DNA of 63,510 nucleotides, filler included. It is 4 parts of 4 records of this genome, joined end to end, with 100 filler letters (N's around TTAATTAATTAA, not from the genome) between each part and the next. Parts side by side here need not be neighbours in the genome. Positions count along the whole stretch, not along the records: positions 1 to 10,595 come from SRR20825010_2994; positions 10,696 to 22,097 come from SRR20825010_2995; 2 more parts are not named here. One strand, given 5' to 3'. Positions 8,261 to 18,976 of the stretch are shown in pieces (positions within the stretch are counted from its first letter, which is position 1; each line of letters begins with the position of its first letter). The translations under genes were made by a program, and so were the position numbers. The notes beneath the pieces were generated by a model, which was not told the DNA's origin, did not search any database, and saw only the letters and a program-made list of their open reading frames with translations.

Positions 8261-9487
8261 ATGGCCCTTCGCCCGCGTGTACGCCGTCTGATCAGCAAGC
8301 ATGGCAACCCTATTCCCCGCAGCCTCGACGGGCTGATTCAGCACGGTAATGAAGCACCACTGGACAAGACCGGCATGGGCTCCGAACAGGTTGAGTCCAT
8401 CTGGCGGGCCACACGCAAGCTCTATCGCAGTGGCATGAGCCCGGCAATCAGCCTCTGCCTGCGCCGCCACGGCGAGATCATGCTGAACCGCAGCATCGGC
8501 TACGCCGACCCGACCACCCAGCGCATCATGACACCGGATACCCCCGTGTGCCTGTTCTCTGCCTCCAAGGTGGTCAGCGCCATGCTGGTACATCATCTGG
8601 TCGAACAGGGTCAGCTTGATCTGGACGACCCTGTAACCCGCTATCTGCCCGCTTACGGACAGAACGGCAAGGGCTGTACCACCTTGCGCCACCTGCTTAC
8701 CCATCAGGCCGGGATTCCCCGCCCGCAGGAACCGGTGGAAGCCGACATTCTCTATCGGCCCCAGGAAATTATCGACATCCTCTGCGCCGCCAAGCCCAGC
8801 GGATTCAATACTCAGGCTTACCACGCGATCACCGCCGGCTTCATTCTTGGCGCCGTGGTGGAAGCCGTAACCAGGGAATCGCTGAACGCCACCCTCGACC
8901 GGGTCATTCGCCAGCCCATGGGAATGAAGTATTTCACCTTCGGGAACACCGGCGCGGAACGGGCCGTCGATGTATCCACCGGACTCCCCCTGAAACTGGT
9001 AGACCTGTTCCTCAGCTACGCGGTGGGCGGCAGTATCGATGAGGTGGTGGAGGTGACCAACGACGACCGTTTCCAGGAAGCCACCGTACCGGCAGGCAAC
9101 CTCTACGCCACCGCGGAAGAAGCCAGCCGCTTTTTCCAGATGCTGCTGAACGGTGGCCGTTATGGGAATCAGCAGATTTTCCAGCCAGACACCGTAGCCC
9201 GCGCCCTGGAGCCAGCCTACCATCGCCCACGCTTCGACCGGACACTGATGCTGCCACTGAACTTCTCCAACGGCTTTATGCTCGGCAACCGGGGCATGGG
9301 CATGTTCGGCCCCGGCGCCCCCAAATCCTTCGGGCATTTGGGTTTTATCAGCATTTATTGCTGGGCGGATCCGCAACGCGATCTTAGCGGTGCCCTGCTC
9401 ACCACCGGCAAAGGGGTGGTCGGACCGCACTTACCCGCCCTGTTCGGTCTTCAGCACACCATTAACCGGCATACCAAGTTACGCTGA
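8261..9487 (+). CDS. Serine hydrolase, beta-lactamase/esterase family
   Basis: SxxK (FSASK), LLTHQAG, AYH and FGHLG motifs. Confidence 0.88.
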   Translation: MALRPRVRRLISKHGNPIPRSLDGLIQHGNEAPLDKTGMGSEQVESIWRATRKLYRSGMSPAISLCLRRHGEIMLNRSIGYADPTTQRIMTPDTPVCLFSASKVVSAMLVHHLVEQGQLDLDDPVTRYLPAYGQNGKGCTTLRHLLTHQAGIPRPQEPVEADILYRPQEIIDILCAAKPSGFNTQAYHAITAGFILGAVVEAVTRESLNATLDRVIRQPMGMKYFTFGNTGAERAVDVSTGLPLKLVDLFLSYAVGGSIDEVVEVTNDDRFQEATVPAGNLYATAEEASRFFQMLLNGGRYGNQQIFQPDTVARALEPAYHRPRFDRTLMLPLNFSNGFMLGNRGMGMFGPGAPKSFGHLGFISIYCWADPQRDLSGALLTTGKGVVGPHLPALFGLQHTINRHTKLR

Positions 9488-9578
9488 ACGCCTGACGCCT
9501 AATTCGTGGGGTAGGGTTTTGATCTTCGAAACTCGTTACTCGTTATTCACTTCTGTTATTTCTTCGCTGTCGCTCGGA

Positions 9579-9601
9579 TCGCTTGCAGCCAAGCTCCTAC
9601 A
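9579..9601 (-). repeat. GTAG-family REP element
   Basis: Minus strand reads TGTAGGAGCTTGGCTGCAAGCGA (GTAG plus GCTTG…CAAGC palindrome), between convergent genes. Confidence 0.6.
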
Positions 9602-9730
9602 GCGGCTTCGCTCCCCGCTTTTGCGCAGGGGATCACCGCCGCAAACATCGCGGTGAAACCACCGCCATTACAGGGCGTGCCGGCTTTCACGGATTTTGCG
9701 TGTTGCATGAAGCATGGTGTGTGCAGCGGC

Positions 9731-9940
9731 TCATTCCGGCACCGGCATGCCCCGCTGGCACTGGGTACAGGTCACCACCATATCCAGATGTTGCCGGCGC
9801 CCCTCCTCGCTCACCGCCCAAGGGCGGTTAATAAAGGGCGGCTGGTGACGGACGTGCTGGCGGTGGCCGCAGGACAACAGCATGACCCAGTCACCCGCCT
9901 CATCTTGCTTAAAGCCATTGACCGTTACTTGAAAAGACAT
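9731..9940 (-). CDS. DUF3565 domain small protein
   Basis: GFKQDEAGDWV.LLSCGHRQHVRHQPP..NRPW…CTQC. GGAGG RBS. Confidence 0.85.
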   Translation of the reverse strand: MSFQVTVNGFKQDEAGDWVMLLSCGHRQHVRHQPPFINRPWAVSEEGRRQHLDMVVTCTQCQRGMPVPE

Positions 9941-9985
9941 GCTTGCCTCCTCTGTCAGTCATTCCTGTTATACCAACATGACGCC

Positions 9986-10017
9986 AAAAAAAATGCCCGC
10001 ATCAGCGGGCATTTTTT
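9986..10017 (-). terminator. Rho-independent terminator (bidirectional type) after the BCCT gene
   Basis: A8-TGCCCGC-ATCA-GCGGGCA-T6. Confidence 0.85.
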
Positions 10018-10036
10018 AAAGATCACCAACGCTAGA

Positions 10037-10595
10037 TCAAGCCAGTTGGAGACGCTTGCGTTCTGCCGACAGGGCAATAAACAAACTCACGCACATCAAC
10101 AACAGCACGATGGTAAATGGCAGTCCCGTTGTTACAGCCCCTGATTGCAGAGCCTTCAGGGCTTCCTTGCCACCGCCATACAGCAGTACACCCGCAATCA
10201 GGCCTTCCATAACGGCCCAGAAAATGCGCTGGGGCACCGGCGCATCCACCTTGCCACCCGCCGTAATGGAGTCGATCACCAGAGAGCCGGAGTCCGACGA
10301 GGTCACGAAGAAAATCAGTACCAGCGCAATCGCCATAAAGGAAATGATGCCGGTCCACGGCAGATGCGCCAGCATCTGGAACATGGCCAGCGATGCATCA
10401 CTCACCCCGTTGGCCAGTTCACCCACGCCGTTGATGGATTGCTCAAGTCCCGTGCCACCGAAGGTACTCATCCAGATAATGGTAATCACCGTGGGCACCA
10501 ACAGTACCGCCACAATAAACTCACGCACAGTGCGGCCCTTGGAAATGCGGGCAATGAACATCCCCACAAACGGTGACCAGGAAATCCACCAGGCC
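10037..10595 (-). CDS. BCCT family (betaine/carnitine/choline) transporter, 3' part (cut by contig end)
   Basis: AWWISWSPFVGMFIARISKGRTVREF and FFVTSSDSGSLV signatures. Confidence 0.92.
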
Positions 10596-10695
10596 NNNNN
10601 NNNNNNNNNNNNNNNNNNNNNNNNNNNNNNNNNNNNNNNTTAATTAATTAANNNNNNNNNNNNNNNNNNNNNNNNNNNNNNNNNNNNNNNNNNNN
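10596..10695. other. Artificial contig-joining spacer
   Basis: N44-TTAATTAATTAA-N44, giving stops in all six frames. Confidence 0.98.
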
Positions 10696-11872
10696 TAACG
10701 CATCCATCCGGAGCCAGATTGCCGCGCAGAACCGCAATCGCCCCATCTTTGAAAATGGGATTGTCGACCGGGCGTATCACATCGTCCATGTAGACTTCGG
10801 CCCCCGCGATTTCATCACCGAGAGTCTTGCCGCTGACTGTCAGGCAATCGACATTGAGCTGCGGCCTGAGACGTTCCAGCAAAGCGCACAGCCCCCCTGC
10901 TTCGTGGAAGTCCTGCATCAGGTATTTCTCACCTGTGGGGCGCACGTTGGCGAGGATGGGCGTGTCTCTCGACACCCGGTCAAAGTCATCAAGGCTTATG
11001 TCGACCCCCGCGCGGGCGGCAATCGCCAGAACATGAATGACCGCGTTGGTCGAACAGCCCAGCGACATTGCCGTGACCAGCACATTCTCAATCGAGGCCC
11101 GCGTCACGATCTGGTCCGGAGTCAGATCCTCCCAGACCATGTCCACGATGCGGCGGCCAGCCGCAGTCGCCATGCGGGTGTGGTTGGAATCTGGCGCCGG
11201 GATAGAGCTTGCACCCGTAAAGGTCAGGCCCATCACATCCGCCAACGAGTTCATCGTGCTTGCGGTTCCCATGGTCATGCAATGCCCGAACGATCTGTTG
11301 GTATGCGCAAGCACATCGTTCCATTTTTCCTCATCTATGGTCCCGCCCCGCAATTCATCCCAGTATTTCCACGCATCCGAACCGCTCCCGAGACGTTCAC
11401 CGCGCCACATTCCGTTCATCTGCGGACCGCCGGGCACAAGTATGGTGGGAAGGTTCGCGCTGATCGCGCCCATGATGAGCGCCGGGGTTGTTTTGTCACA
11501 GCCCGCCAACAGAACCGCCCCGTCCACAGGATGGGATCGCAAAAGCTCTTCCCCCTCGATCGCCAAAAGATTGCGATAGAGCATCGTGGTTGGCTTCACA
11601 AAGGTTTCGGCGAGCGAGATCGCCGGCAACTCAAGCGGAAAGCCACCCGCCTGAAAAATGCCGCGTTTCACCGACTCTGCCCTGTCGCGAAAGTGCGCAT
11701 GGCATGGGTTGACGTCCGACCAGGTGTTGATGATCGCGATACATGGCTTTTTTCGCCAATCCTCGGCGGAATACCCCATCTGCATGGCGCGCGCCCGATG
11801 GACATGGGATTTGAGATCTGGCCGATCGAACCAGCGGGCACTGCGAAGGCTTTCAGGCGAACGGCGGGTCAT
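10696..11872 (-). CDS. IlvD/Edd family dehydratase (L-arabinonate/sugar-acid dehydratase-like), 3' truncated
   Basis: NPCH, GCDKT and GHCMTMGTASTM [2Fe-2S] cysteine motifs, plus GCSTNAVIH and LRGNLAPDG. Confidence 0.9.
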
Positions 11873-11976
11873 GGGTGGACTCCTTCTTTGTGGATCACAT
11901 TGTTGGCGCTTTGGCCAAATCGCGGCGCGCGAACATCAAGCAGACAGATGAAACGAAGCAGGCAATGGAGGCTGTC

Positions 11977-12927
11977 ATGAGCATCGAGATTCTTGTGGGT
12001 GGAAGAATCCCGCCCGACAACGTGGAGGAACTTCGCAAGACTTTCACAGCGCATGTTGTGACGGAGACTGAAGACCCGGATGCGCTGATCGCTGAGGTCG
12101 GTCCACGGGTGCGCGGTCTTGTGGTTCCCGGTTTTCGCGGCTTCGACCGGGCGTTGTTGGACAAGTTGCCCAAGGTCGAGATGGTGTCCGTCTGGGGCGC
12201 GGGCATCAGCGAACTGGATCTGGATGCGGCGCGCGAAAGGAACATTGTCGTCACACGAACGCCTGACGACTCCAAGGTGGCCGTTGCCGAGCTGGGGCTT
12301 GGCCTGATGCTGGCAGCCGCGCGCTGGATTCCCGATAGCGAACGTGTGGTCCGGTCCGGGGCTTGGGAAACTGACGGGTATCCGCGCATGGGGGTTGGGC
12401 TTGCGGGCCGACAATGCGGGATTGTCGCACTGGGTGTCATCGGACGTTTCGTGGCCGAACGCGCCGCCGCCTTTGGCATGTCGATTGCATATTTCGGCCC
12501 CCGGAAAAAAGTCGACGTTCCCTACAGGTTTGAACCCGATCTCACGACCTTGGCGCAGCAAAGCGACTTTCTGGTTCTTTGCTGTCCCGACACGCCCGAA
12601 ACCCGTGGACTGATTGATGCCGAAGTCCTTGGCGCGCTTGGCGCGGACGGCACACTTGTCAATATCGCGCGCGGCCCCGTCGTCGATGAAGATGCCCTTA
12701 TCGAGGCACTGGAGAAGGGGACGATCCGCGCTGCGGCCCTTGACGTCTATGCCAATGAACCGCGCGTCCCGGAGCGGCTGCGCAATTCGGACCGCGCAGT
12801 TCTGGTGGCGCATATCGGGACACAGATTCAGGATGTCCGGGAAAAAAGAAAGCACTTCTTCATTCAAAATCTGCAAGACCACTTTGCCGGTCGGCCCATT
12901 GCCCAAGCCGCGCGCGTTCTTCCCTGA
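11977..12927 (+). CDS. D-isomer-specific 2-hydroxyacid dehydrogenase
   Basis: GIVALGVIG Rossmann motif, LVNIARGPVVDE, AALDVYANEP and AHIG. GGAGG RBS. Confidence 0.9.
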   Translation: MSIEILVGGRIPPDNVEELRKTFTAHVVTETEDPDALIAEVGPRVRGLVVPGFRGFDRALLDKLPKVEMVSVWGAGISELDLDAARERNIVVTRTPDDSKVAVAELGLGLMLAAARWIPDSERVVRSGAWETDGYPRMGVGLAGRQCGIVALGVIGRFVAERAAAFGMSIAYFGPRKKVDVPYRFEPDLTTLAQQSDFLVLCCPDTPETRGLIDAEVLGALGADGTLVNIARGPVVDEDALIEALEKGTIRAAALDVYANEPRVPERLRNSDRAVLVAHIGTQIQDVREKRKHFFIQNLQDHFAGRPIAQAARVLP

Positions 12928-12991
12928 CAGACCATAGGCGCGCCCGCGACCAGTTGCGGGCGCAGAGGGAACTCCATGGAAACGCTTTGCG

Positions 12992-14020
12992 TCACGACTG
13001 GGGAATCCTGTTCGGGACATCGCCCAGAAGCCCCGCAGTTTCGGCCCGGAGCCGGGCAAGCGTCACCATCAGATCCAGCATCGGCGTGTCGACCTGAACC
13101 ATTTCGGCAAGCCGCAGGATGATGCCGTAGGTGGATTCGATCTCCATCAGGCGACCCGCCTCTAGATCCTGCAGGATGCTTGGCTTGTGCGACAATGCCT
13201 TCATGAAACCGATCACACTGTCGATCTCTGTACCCGGATCGCAGCCATGCGCCTTGGCGACCGCAATCGTCTCGGCCAGCATGTCGCGCATTGCCTTTTC
13301 GCAAGGTGGTTCCGCCGCAAGAACATCGACCGTGCTTTGAGTCAGGGTTGCCATAATCCCGGACGCCACATTGTTCAGCAACTTGGACCAAACGGTATTG
13401 CGGATCGTCTCAGTCACATCTGTCTGCAGGCCGCCCCGGGTCAAGACCTCGGCGATCCGACGCGCGCGCGCTGTGTCGGCACCGCCGGGTTCTCCGATTG
13501 TCAGCCTGTTCTTGGCCCCTGCAAGCCGCACAACGCCCGGCTCCACGACTGAGCACGCAGAGAACACGACACCCCCAAGCGCGCGATCAGGTCCGATACG
13601 GTCCCAAAGCTGGTCCTCAGGGTCTATCGTCGTCAGTTTCCTGCCGTCGAAGGGCCCGCCAGCCCTGTAAAAATACCACCACGGGATGCCGTTCATCGCA
13701 AAAAGAACCACCGTCTCCGGTCCAAGTAGTGGGCCGATTGTCTTGGCGACATCCCCCAAAGCAGGCGCTTTCACGGTGACGATTACGGCATCCTGCACGC
13801 CCAGCGCGGCGGGATCGTCGCTGGCACTGAATGTTGCGCGCAATTCCTGCTCGGGTGTCTGAACCACGATGCCGTGATCGCCTATCGCCTTTAGCGTCTC
13901 GCCGCGCGCGATGATGGATGTATCCGCGCCGCCCAAGCTGCTGCGCACCGCGATGTGTCCGCCTACGGCACCCGCCCCGAAAATGCAGATCTTCATCGGC
14001 TTATCCTGCGCGTTTTCCAT
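12992..14020 (-). CDS. Ketopantoate reductase (PanE/ApbA) family oxidoreductase
   Basis: KICIFGAGAVGG, AMNGIPWW, WSKL and PSILQDLEAGRLMEIE. Confidence 0.9.
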   Translation of the reverse strand: MENAQDKPMKICIFGAGAVGGHIAVRSSLGGADTSIIARGETLKAIGDHGIVVQTPEQELRATFSASDDPAALGVQDAVIVTVKAPALGDVAKTIGPLLGPETVVLFAMNGIPWWYFYRAGGPFDGRKLTTIDPEDQLWDRIGPDRALGGVVFSACSVVEPGVVRLAGAKNRLTIGEPGGADTARARRIAEVLTRGGLQTDVTETIRNTVWSKLLNNVASGIMATLTQSTVDVLAAEPPCEKAMRDMLAETIAVAKAHGCDPGTEIDSVIGFMKALSHKPSILQDLEAGRLMEIESTYGIILRLAEMVQVDTPMLDLMVTLARLRAETAGLLGDVPNRIPQS

Positions 14021-14034
14021 GTGTCAGAACAGCA

Positions 14035-14781
14035 TCATCCACGGCCAACAAACGGCATGTCGGACGCCATAACCATGACAGATTGGATGTTTGCCGAAAG
14101 TTCAGTGTTGGCCATCATCAGAACCATGTTTCCAACGTTGCTGACATCCATTGTCGGCTCAGGCATGACGGTCCCGTTTGGTTGCGGAACACCGCCCGCC
14201 ATACGCGCGGTCATCGGCGTTGCCGCATTGCCGATGTCAATTTGTCCGCAAACGATATTATGAACCCGCCCGTCCAGAGATATGCACTTGGTCAAGCCGG
14301 AAATGGCATGCTTGGTCGTTGTGTATGGCGCAGAGCCCGGACGCGGAGCGTGAGCGGAGATTGATCCGTTATTGATGATCCGGCCCCCCTGCGGGTCCTG
14401 ATCGCGCATCATGCGGTATGCCGCGTTCGCGCACAGAAACATGCCGTTCAGGTTGACCTCAACAACTTTGCGCCAAGTCTCGTATTCAACATCGCCGAAA
14501 TTGGTGCTTGGGGCACCACCGCCCGCGTTGTTGAATAGCGTGTCGAGGCGGCCGAACTTGTCCTTCACCGCCGCGAAAAGCGCTTCTACAGCCTCGGGGT
14601 CGGTCACATCTGTCGGTACGACCAGCGCCTCGGCACCTTTGGCCATTTCCGCCGTTTCTTCCAACGCTTCGCGACGCCGCCCCGCCAACGCCACCGCATA
14701 TCCACCCCCTAGCAAGGCCAGAGCTGCGGAACGACCGACACCGCTTCCGGCACCTGTCACAACTGCTACGCGATTCCCCAT
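14035..14781 (-). CDS. SDR family oxidoreductase
   Basis: [12 protein letters not shown] and YTTTK. Confidence 0.92.
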   Translation of the reverse strand: MGNRVAVVTGAGSGVGRSAALALLGGGYAVALAGRRREALEETAEMAKGAEALVVPTDVTDPEAVEALFAAVKDKFGRLDTLFNNAGGGAPSTNFGDVEYETWRKVVEVNLNGMFLCANAAYRMMRDQDPQGGRIINNGSISAHAPRPGSAPYTTTKHAISGLTKCISLDGRVHNIVCGQIDIGNAATPMTARMAGGVPQPNGTVMPEPTMDVSNVGNMVLMMANTELSANIQSVMVMASDMPFVGRG

Positions 14782-15186
14782 GGTGATCCCTCCGAATTCC
14801 TACGTTTCTTGACTATGCGTCTCCGCTGAACCTGTTGAACAGAAACACCGAACGATACCTTTCGGACCGGAGCCCCTGTAAGGCCCGCCTTCAACCCAAT
14901 CGGGCAAATGGTTGGGTTTGAAAACTGCAACTGCGTCTGTCTGGGCCTAATATCGACACTGACCCGGAGCCGAATTCGCGGTTTGTGGCGTCATTGTTTG
15001 TCCGTCACGCCAGTAGTGCGGGGCGCTCTGCGCCTGAAACGCGCGAGCACCTTCCGGCATCAGGTGGAAATGAAACAATCGTGTCGATTCATGGCCGCGC
15101 ATCAATGAAAAACGTGCGGCTTTGGCCGCAAGACGAATGCCGGGGTGGCAGTGCCGTTCCGTTCACGCAAGACGAAGGGTGAAGAA

Positions 15187-16026
15187 ATGCTCACTGAGTT
15201 CAAGCTTTCGCTTCACACATGGACGATCCATACGACCCCGCTGGAGACCTGTCTTGAGGCAGCGGCCTACGGCGGCTTCGATGCTATCGAAATCAGAAGA
15301 AGTGACATCGTTCAGTGCTATGAAAAAGGCATGAGCAAGGACGATGTTATCGGAATGATACGCGACAGTGGCGTCACGGTAAGCGTCTTGGGGACCGAAT
15401 ATGGGTGGTGGTTCACACCACCTGACGAGACACGTCGATTGTTCGAAGTGCTCCGGGAGACTTGTGAAATAGCCTGCGCCGTCGGTTGCGATATGATCAT
15501 GAGCGCGCCGGGTCAGGTCACCGGGACCATCGAAGACGCCGTCGAAGCGACGAAGGTCGCGGGCGATATCGTGGGGGAGCACGACCTATCGCTTGCGCTG
15601 GAGTTCAATTCACAGCACCCCCTTGTGAACAAAACTACGGTCCTCAGAGAGATCGTCGAGCGCGCCGACAGAACGAATTGCGGGATGCTGCTGGACGCCT
15701 ACCATCTTCATAGAAGCCAAGGCATGGAAACGGGACTGAAGGACGTGACGGCCGATGAGCTGTTTGCGTTTCAATACAGCGATGTCCCGCCCGTACCCGA
15801 GCCGGGCGTTCGCCGCCCTGTCGACAGGCTTGTGCCCGGTGAGGGTGTTATTGACTGGACCTTCCTGCTCTGGCGATTGAGCGAAATCGGCTACGACAGC
15901 TACCTGAGTTATGAGGCCCCCAATCCGGCCTTGTGGGAGCGTTGTCCCAAAGAGGTCTGCGCCGAAGGCGTGCGCGTGACGCGGGAGTTGGTCGAGAAAG
16001 CCTCATTGGAAATGCAGAAAAACTGA
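15187..16026 (+). CDS. Sugar phosphate isomerase/epimerase (xylose-isomerase-like TIM barrel)
   Basis: LALEF, LDAYH, QYSD, RLVPGEG and LSYE metal-binding motifs. Confidence 0.88.
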   Translation: MLTEFKLSLHTWTIHTTPLETCLEAAAYGGFDAIEIRRSDIVQCYEKGMSKDDVIGMIRDSGVTVSVLGTEYGWWFTPPDETRRLFEVLRETCEIACAVGCDMIMSAPGQVTGTIEDAVEATKVAGDIVGEHDLSLALEFNSQHPLVNKTTVLREIVERADRTNCGMLLDAYHLHRSQGMETGLKDVTADELFAFQYSDVPPVPEPGVRRPVDRLVPGEGVIDWTFLLWRLSEIGYDSYLSYEAPNPALWERCPKEVCAEGVRVTRELVEKASLEMQKN

Positions 16027-16047
16027 TCGGAAAGAGGAAAATAAACC

Positions 16048-16479
16048 ATGACAAGTATTACACTTAAGGATGCCGCCGAGGTGGTCGACAATGTGCTCGC
16101 AAAGGGGCGAGAACAGGAATTCGAGCCTCTGACTGCGGTGGTGCTTGACGCGGGTGGCCACGTTGTCGCGGCAAAACGCGAGGATGGAAGCGGCATCATC
16201 CGTTTCGAACTGGCGCTCGGGAAAGCCTACGGCGCGCTCGGTTTCGGGCTCGGCTCGCGTGATCTGGCGGGCAAGGCCAAGAACGCGCCGGGCTTTATGG
16301 TCGGGGCCTCGGATGCGTCGGGCGGTCGTTGCATTCCGGCACCCGGCGGTGTGCTGATCAAGAACGCGGACGGGCACATCATCGGTGCCGTGGGCATTTC
16401 AGGGGATACTGGCCCCAATGACGAGATTTGCGCCATTGCCGCCATCGAGAAAGTTGGATTTACACCCGACGCCGGATAA
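16048..16479 (+). CDS. GlcG/HbpS family heme-binding protein
   Basis: VLDAGGH…REDG…ALGKAYGA…PGGVLI…IGAVGISGD…DEICA. Confidence 0.9.
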   Translation: MTSITLKDAAEVVDNVLAKGREQEFEPLTAVVLDAGGHVVAAKREDGSGIIRFELALGKAYGALGFGLGSRDLAGKAKNAPGFMVGASDASGGRCIPAPGGVLIKNADGHIIGAVGISGDTGPNDEICAIAAIEKVGFTPDAG

Positions 16480-16511
16480 GCATCCCGATCGCGGCGACCG
16501 GTGCGCCGCGA

Positions 16512-17240
16512 TCAAATCGCCGATGAGACAAGTGACGAACCTCCGCACACATGCAACAACTGGCCTGTCACAAAGCTCGCTCTTCGGTCGAGCAGGAAAC
16601 CGATTGCGAACGCGACCTCATCTGGCTGCGCGAACCGGCCCAGGGGAATACCCGACAGAAACTCCTGACGCCTCTCCTCCGCGCCCGGTCCTTCAAGATT
16701 GTTGCGCTTGAACATTTCCGTTTCCGTCGGTCCCGGAGAAACCGCATTCGCGGTAATTTGATACGGAGCGAGTTCAAGCGCCCAAGTCCGCGTCATACCT
16801 ATGATGCCAGCTTTGGCGGCGCCATAGCTCGTGCGCCCGGCGCGACCAAGCGCGCCCCGGCTTGAAAGGTTGATGATCCGCCCGTACTTACGAGACTTCA
16901 TCCCTTCCAGCGCTGCCTGAGCAACCTGAACCGAGACACGCAGGTTCAAGTCCAGAACCCGTGCCAGACTGTCCAGTTGTACGTCACCAAGAGGCTCCAC
17001 GATATTGAGGCCGACGTTGTTGACGACGCAATCCACCTCAAACCGCGCCAGTATGGCGTCCATGACGGACTGAGTTGCAGCGATGTCTGCGAGGTCCGCA
17101 AGAAAAAGCTCGCCCGGAAACTCGGTGTCAGGCGCGCTGCGACCAATGCCGAGAACCCTAAACCCTTGGTCAGAGAGATGGTGCGCCGTGCTCAAACCGA
17201 TGCCCCGCGTGGCTCCTGTGATCAATACAGTATCTGTCAT
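16512..17240 (-). CDS. SDR family oxidoreductase (FabG-like)
   Basis: TGATRGIG, NNVG, YGAAK and SPGPTET. Confidence 0.9.
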   Translation of the reverse strand: MTDTVLITGATRGIGLSTAHHLSDQGFRVLGIGRSAPDTEFPGELFLADLADIAATQSVMDAILARFEVDCVVNNVGLNIVEPLGDVQLDSLARVLDLNLRVSVQVAQAALEGMKSRKYGRIINLSSRGALGRAGRTSYGAAKAGIIGMTRTWALELAPYQITANAVSPGPTETEMFKRNNLEGPGAEERRQEFLSGIPLGRFAQPDEVAFAIGFLLDRRASFVTGQLLHVCGGSSLVSSAI

Positions 17241-18031
17241 TTTCCCTCGCTTAGGTTTGAGTCGGTCGCGCCAAGGAGATCGGCGCTGATGCGCGATGCA
17301 GCATCCAGAACCATCGGCGCAATTTCGGCGATGCGTGCCGCGCTCATCCGCACGTCCGGGCCGCGCAAAGAGACAACCGCCAATGGCGATCCCGCGCTGT
17401 CCAGAACCGGCGCCGCAATTGCTGCCGCCCCGGGCGTGACATCGCCTCGGGTGACGGCGTAACCTTGGCGCCGCACCGTGTTCATCTCTTCCAGAAATTG
17501 TCCGGGCTCCGAGATCCCGCGCTGGTTGACAGGGTCCAGGCCTGTGATCTCAATTATTCGGGCGCTGTTCGCGGGCGGCATGAACGCCATGAACGCCAGA
17601 CCCGACGCGCCCGAGTATATCGGTGCGGCGCTGTTGGGACTTGGCACAACTCGCAGTTCGTGGCGGGCCTCAACCGACAACAGGGCGACACGCTCCAAAC
17701 CGCGCTGAACGTTGAGCGAGGCCGATTCTTCTGTCTTGTCGCGCAGAGTGGTCAAATGCGGCAGCGCCATCGTCTGGAGGCTACCCTGCATTGCCCCGGC
17801 TAGATGAAGCGCTGCAGGACCAATGACATAAACAAGTTTGACCGGATCGCGCGACACAAGGTTGAAATCCTGAAGCGTTCCGAGCAACCGAAGCGCGGTC
17901 GCCTTGTCGACCGACGTTCCCGCGCTGATTTCCGTGAGCGTCATGGGACGGGCCGTGTGGGCCACATGAAACAGGATCGTCAAACTCCGTTCCACTGTCT
18001 GGACCGGTTTCCGTGTTTCTTGGTTCACCAT
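17237..18031 (-). CDS. IclR family transcriptional regulator
   Basis: N-terminal HTH (VQTVERSL…MTLTEIS…KATALRLL) and C-terminal RRQGYA…AIAAPV. Confidence 0.92.
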   Translation of the reverse strand: MVNQETRKPVQTVERSLTILFHVAHTARPMTLTEISAGTSVDKATALRLLGTLQDFNLVSRDPVKLVYVIGPAALHLAGAMQGSLQTMALPHLTTLRDKTEESASLNVQRGLERVALLSVEARHELRVVPSPNSAAPIYSGASGLAFMAFMPPANSARIIEITGLDPVNQRGISEPGQFLEEMNTVRRQGYAVTRGDVTPGAAAIAAPVLDSAGSPLAVVSLRGPDVRMSAARIAEIAPMVLDAASRISADLLGATDSNLSEGK

Positions 18032-18103
18032 CCGTCCGCTGCCCTTAATCCAAACATTGTTCCCTAGGGACGTCGCCCCGACGTCCGTTGCTGGCACGTT
18101 CCA

Positions 18104-18850
18104 TTATGACAGAGCCTTGCCAACCAAAAGGGCCGCTGTTCCCACCAATACGGTCAGAACGACATACCGAAAGCGCCTTTCGTCTATTCTGTCACGCATC
18201 CGATTGCCGACCCACATTCCCAAAAGCGCGGGAAGGACGGCAACGCCTGACAGTATAAACAGCCGGGGATCCACCACGTTCCAATACAGAAACGCGCCAA
18301 TCGTCGGCACAATGCAAGCTAGATAGCAAAGGCTGACAACCGAGATGAAGAGGTCCTTCGGCAACCGGAGCGATAATAAGTAAGGCACCAGTATCGGCCC
18401 CGCGAGCGACGCCAATCCGGCAGACACGCCAGCAACCGAGGCAATGGGAACGCCGACCGTCAACCTCAGTCGCTTTGGCAAAACAAAGGACGGAACAAGG
18501 ACAAGGAACATCGCGGCGAAAGTGGTAAGCCCGGCCACGATGAGAAGCAGGATGGTTGGCGGTGTCATGCGAAGAAGGCTGACACCGATGAGCGTGGCCA
18601 CAAACAGCGTTGCGGCAATGGGCCAGTGCGGCAAAACCGAACGAGCAGGATGCGCGCGGGGCCAAGCCTGAGCGAGATTGATCGCCAGGGTCGGAATCTG
18701 GGCAATTGCGACCGCTGTCGGCACATCGGACTGGAGCGCAACCAAAGGGACAACAACGGATGGCAACCCAGAACCGGAAATCCCCTTGAGGAGGCCGCCC
18801 AGCAGGCAAGCAACGCCGATTGTTGTTATGAGCAGGAAAGTCATATCCAT
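18104..18850 (-). CDS. TauE/SafE (TSUP) family exporter
   Basis: About 8 TM segments and the GGLLKGISGSG motif. Confidence 0.85.
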   Translation of the reverse strand: MDMTFLLITTIGVACLLGGLLKGISGSGLPSVVVPLVALQSDVPTAVAIAQIPTLAINLAQAWPRAHPARSVLPHWPIAATLFVATLIGVSLLRMTPPTILLLIVAGLTTFAAMFLVLVPSFVLPKRLRLTVGVPIASVAGVSAGLASLAGPILVPYLLSLRLPKDLFISVVSLCYLACIVPTIGAFLYWNVVDPRLFILSGVAVLPALLGMWVGNRMRDRIDERRFRYVVLTVLVGTAALLVGKALS

Positions 18851-18976
18851 CCCACCAAGTCCGGCGGACACCGGTTTGGGGAGTCGAAGCGCGCGCCGGT
18901 TTTCGCGTTGCCACCCAAGGGGGTGGCCAGCAGACTCCGTAGACACCCGAAAGAGCCGCCCCCACCGCGACCAACG

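Noticed and set aside
8261..9487. Possible beta-lactam resistance gene
   Set aside because: No signal peptide and no KTG triad. It fits the esterase-like serine hydrolases instead.
10640..10651. TTAATTAATTAA palindromes inside N runs, and ORFs running into them
   Set aside because: Synthetic six-frame-stop linker. The poly-X ORFs are artefacts.
14782..15186. 400-nt intergenic region as a possible ncRNA or small ORF
   Set aside because: No convincing structure, terminator or RBS-supported ORF. Probably a divergent promoter region.
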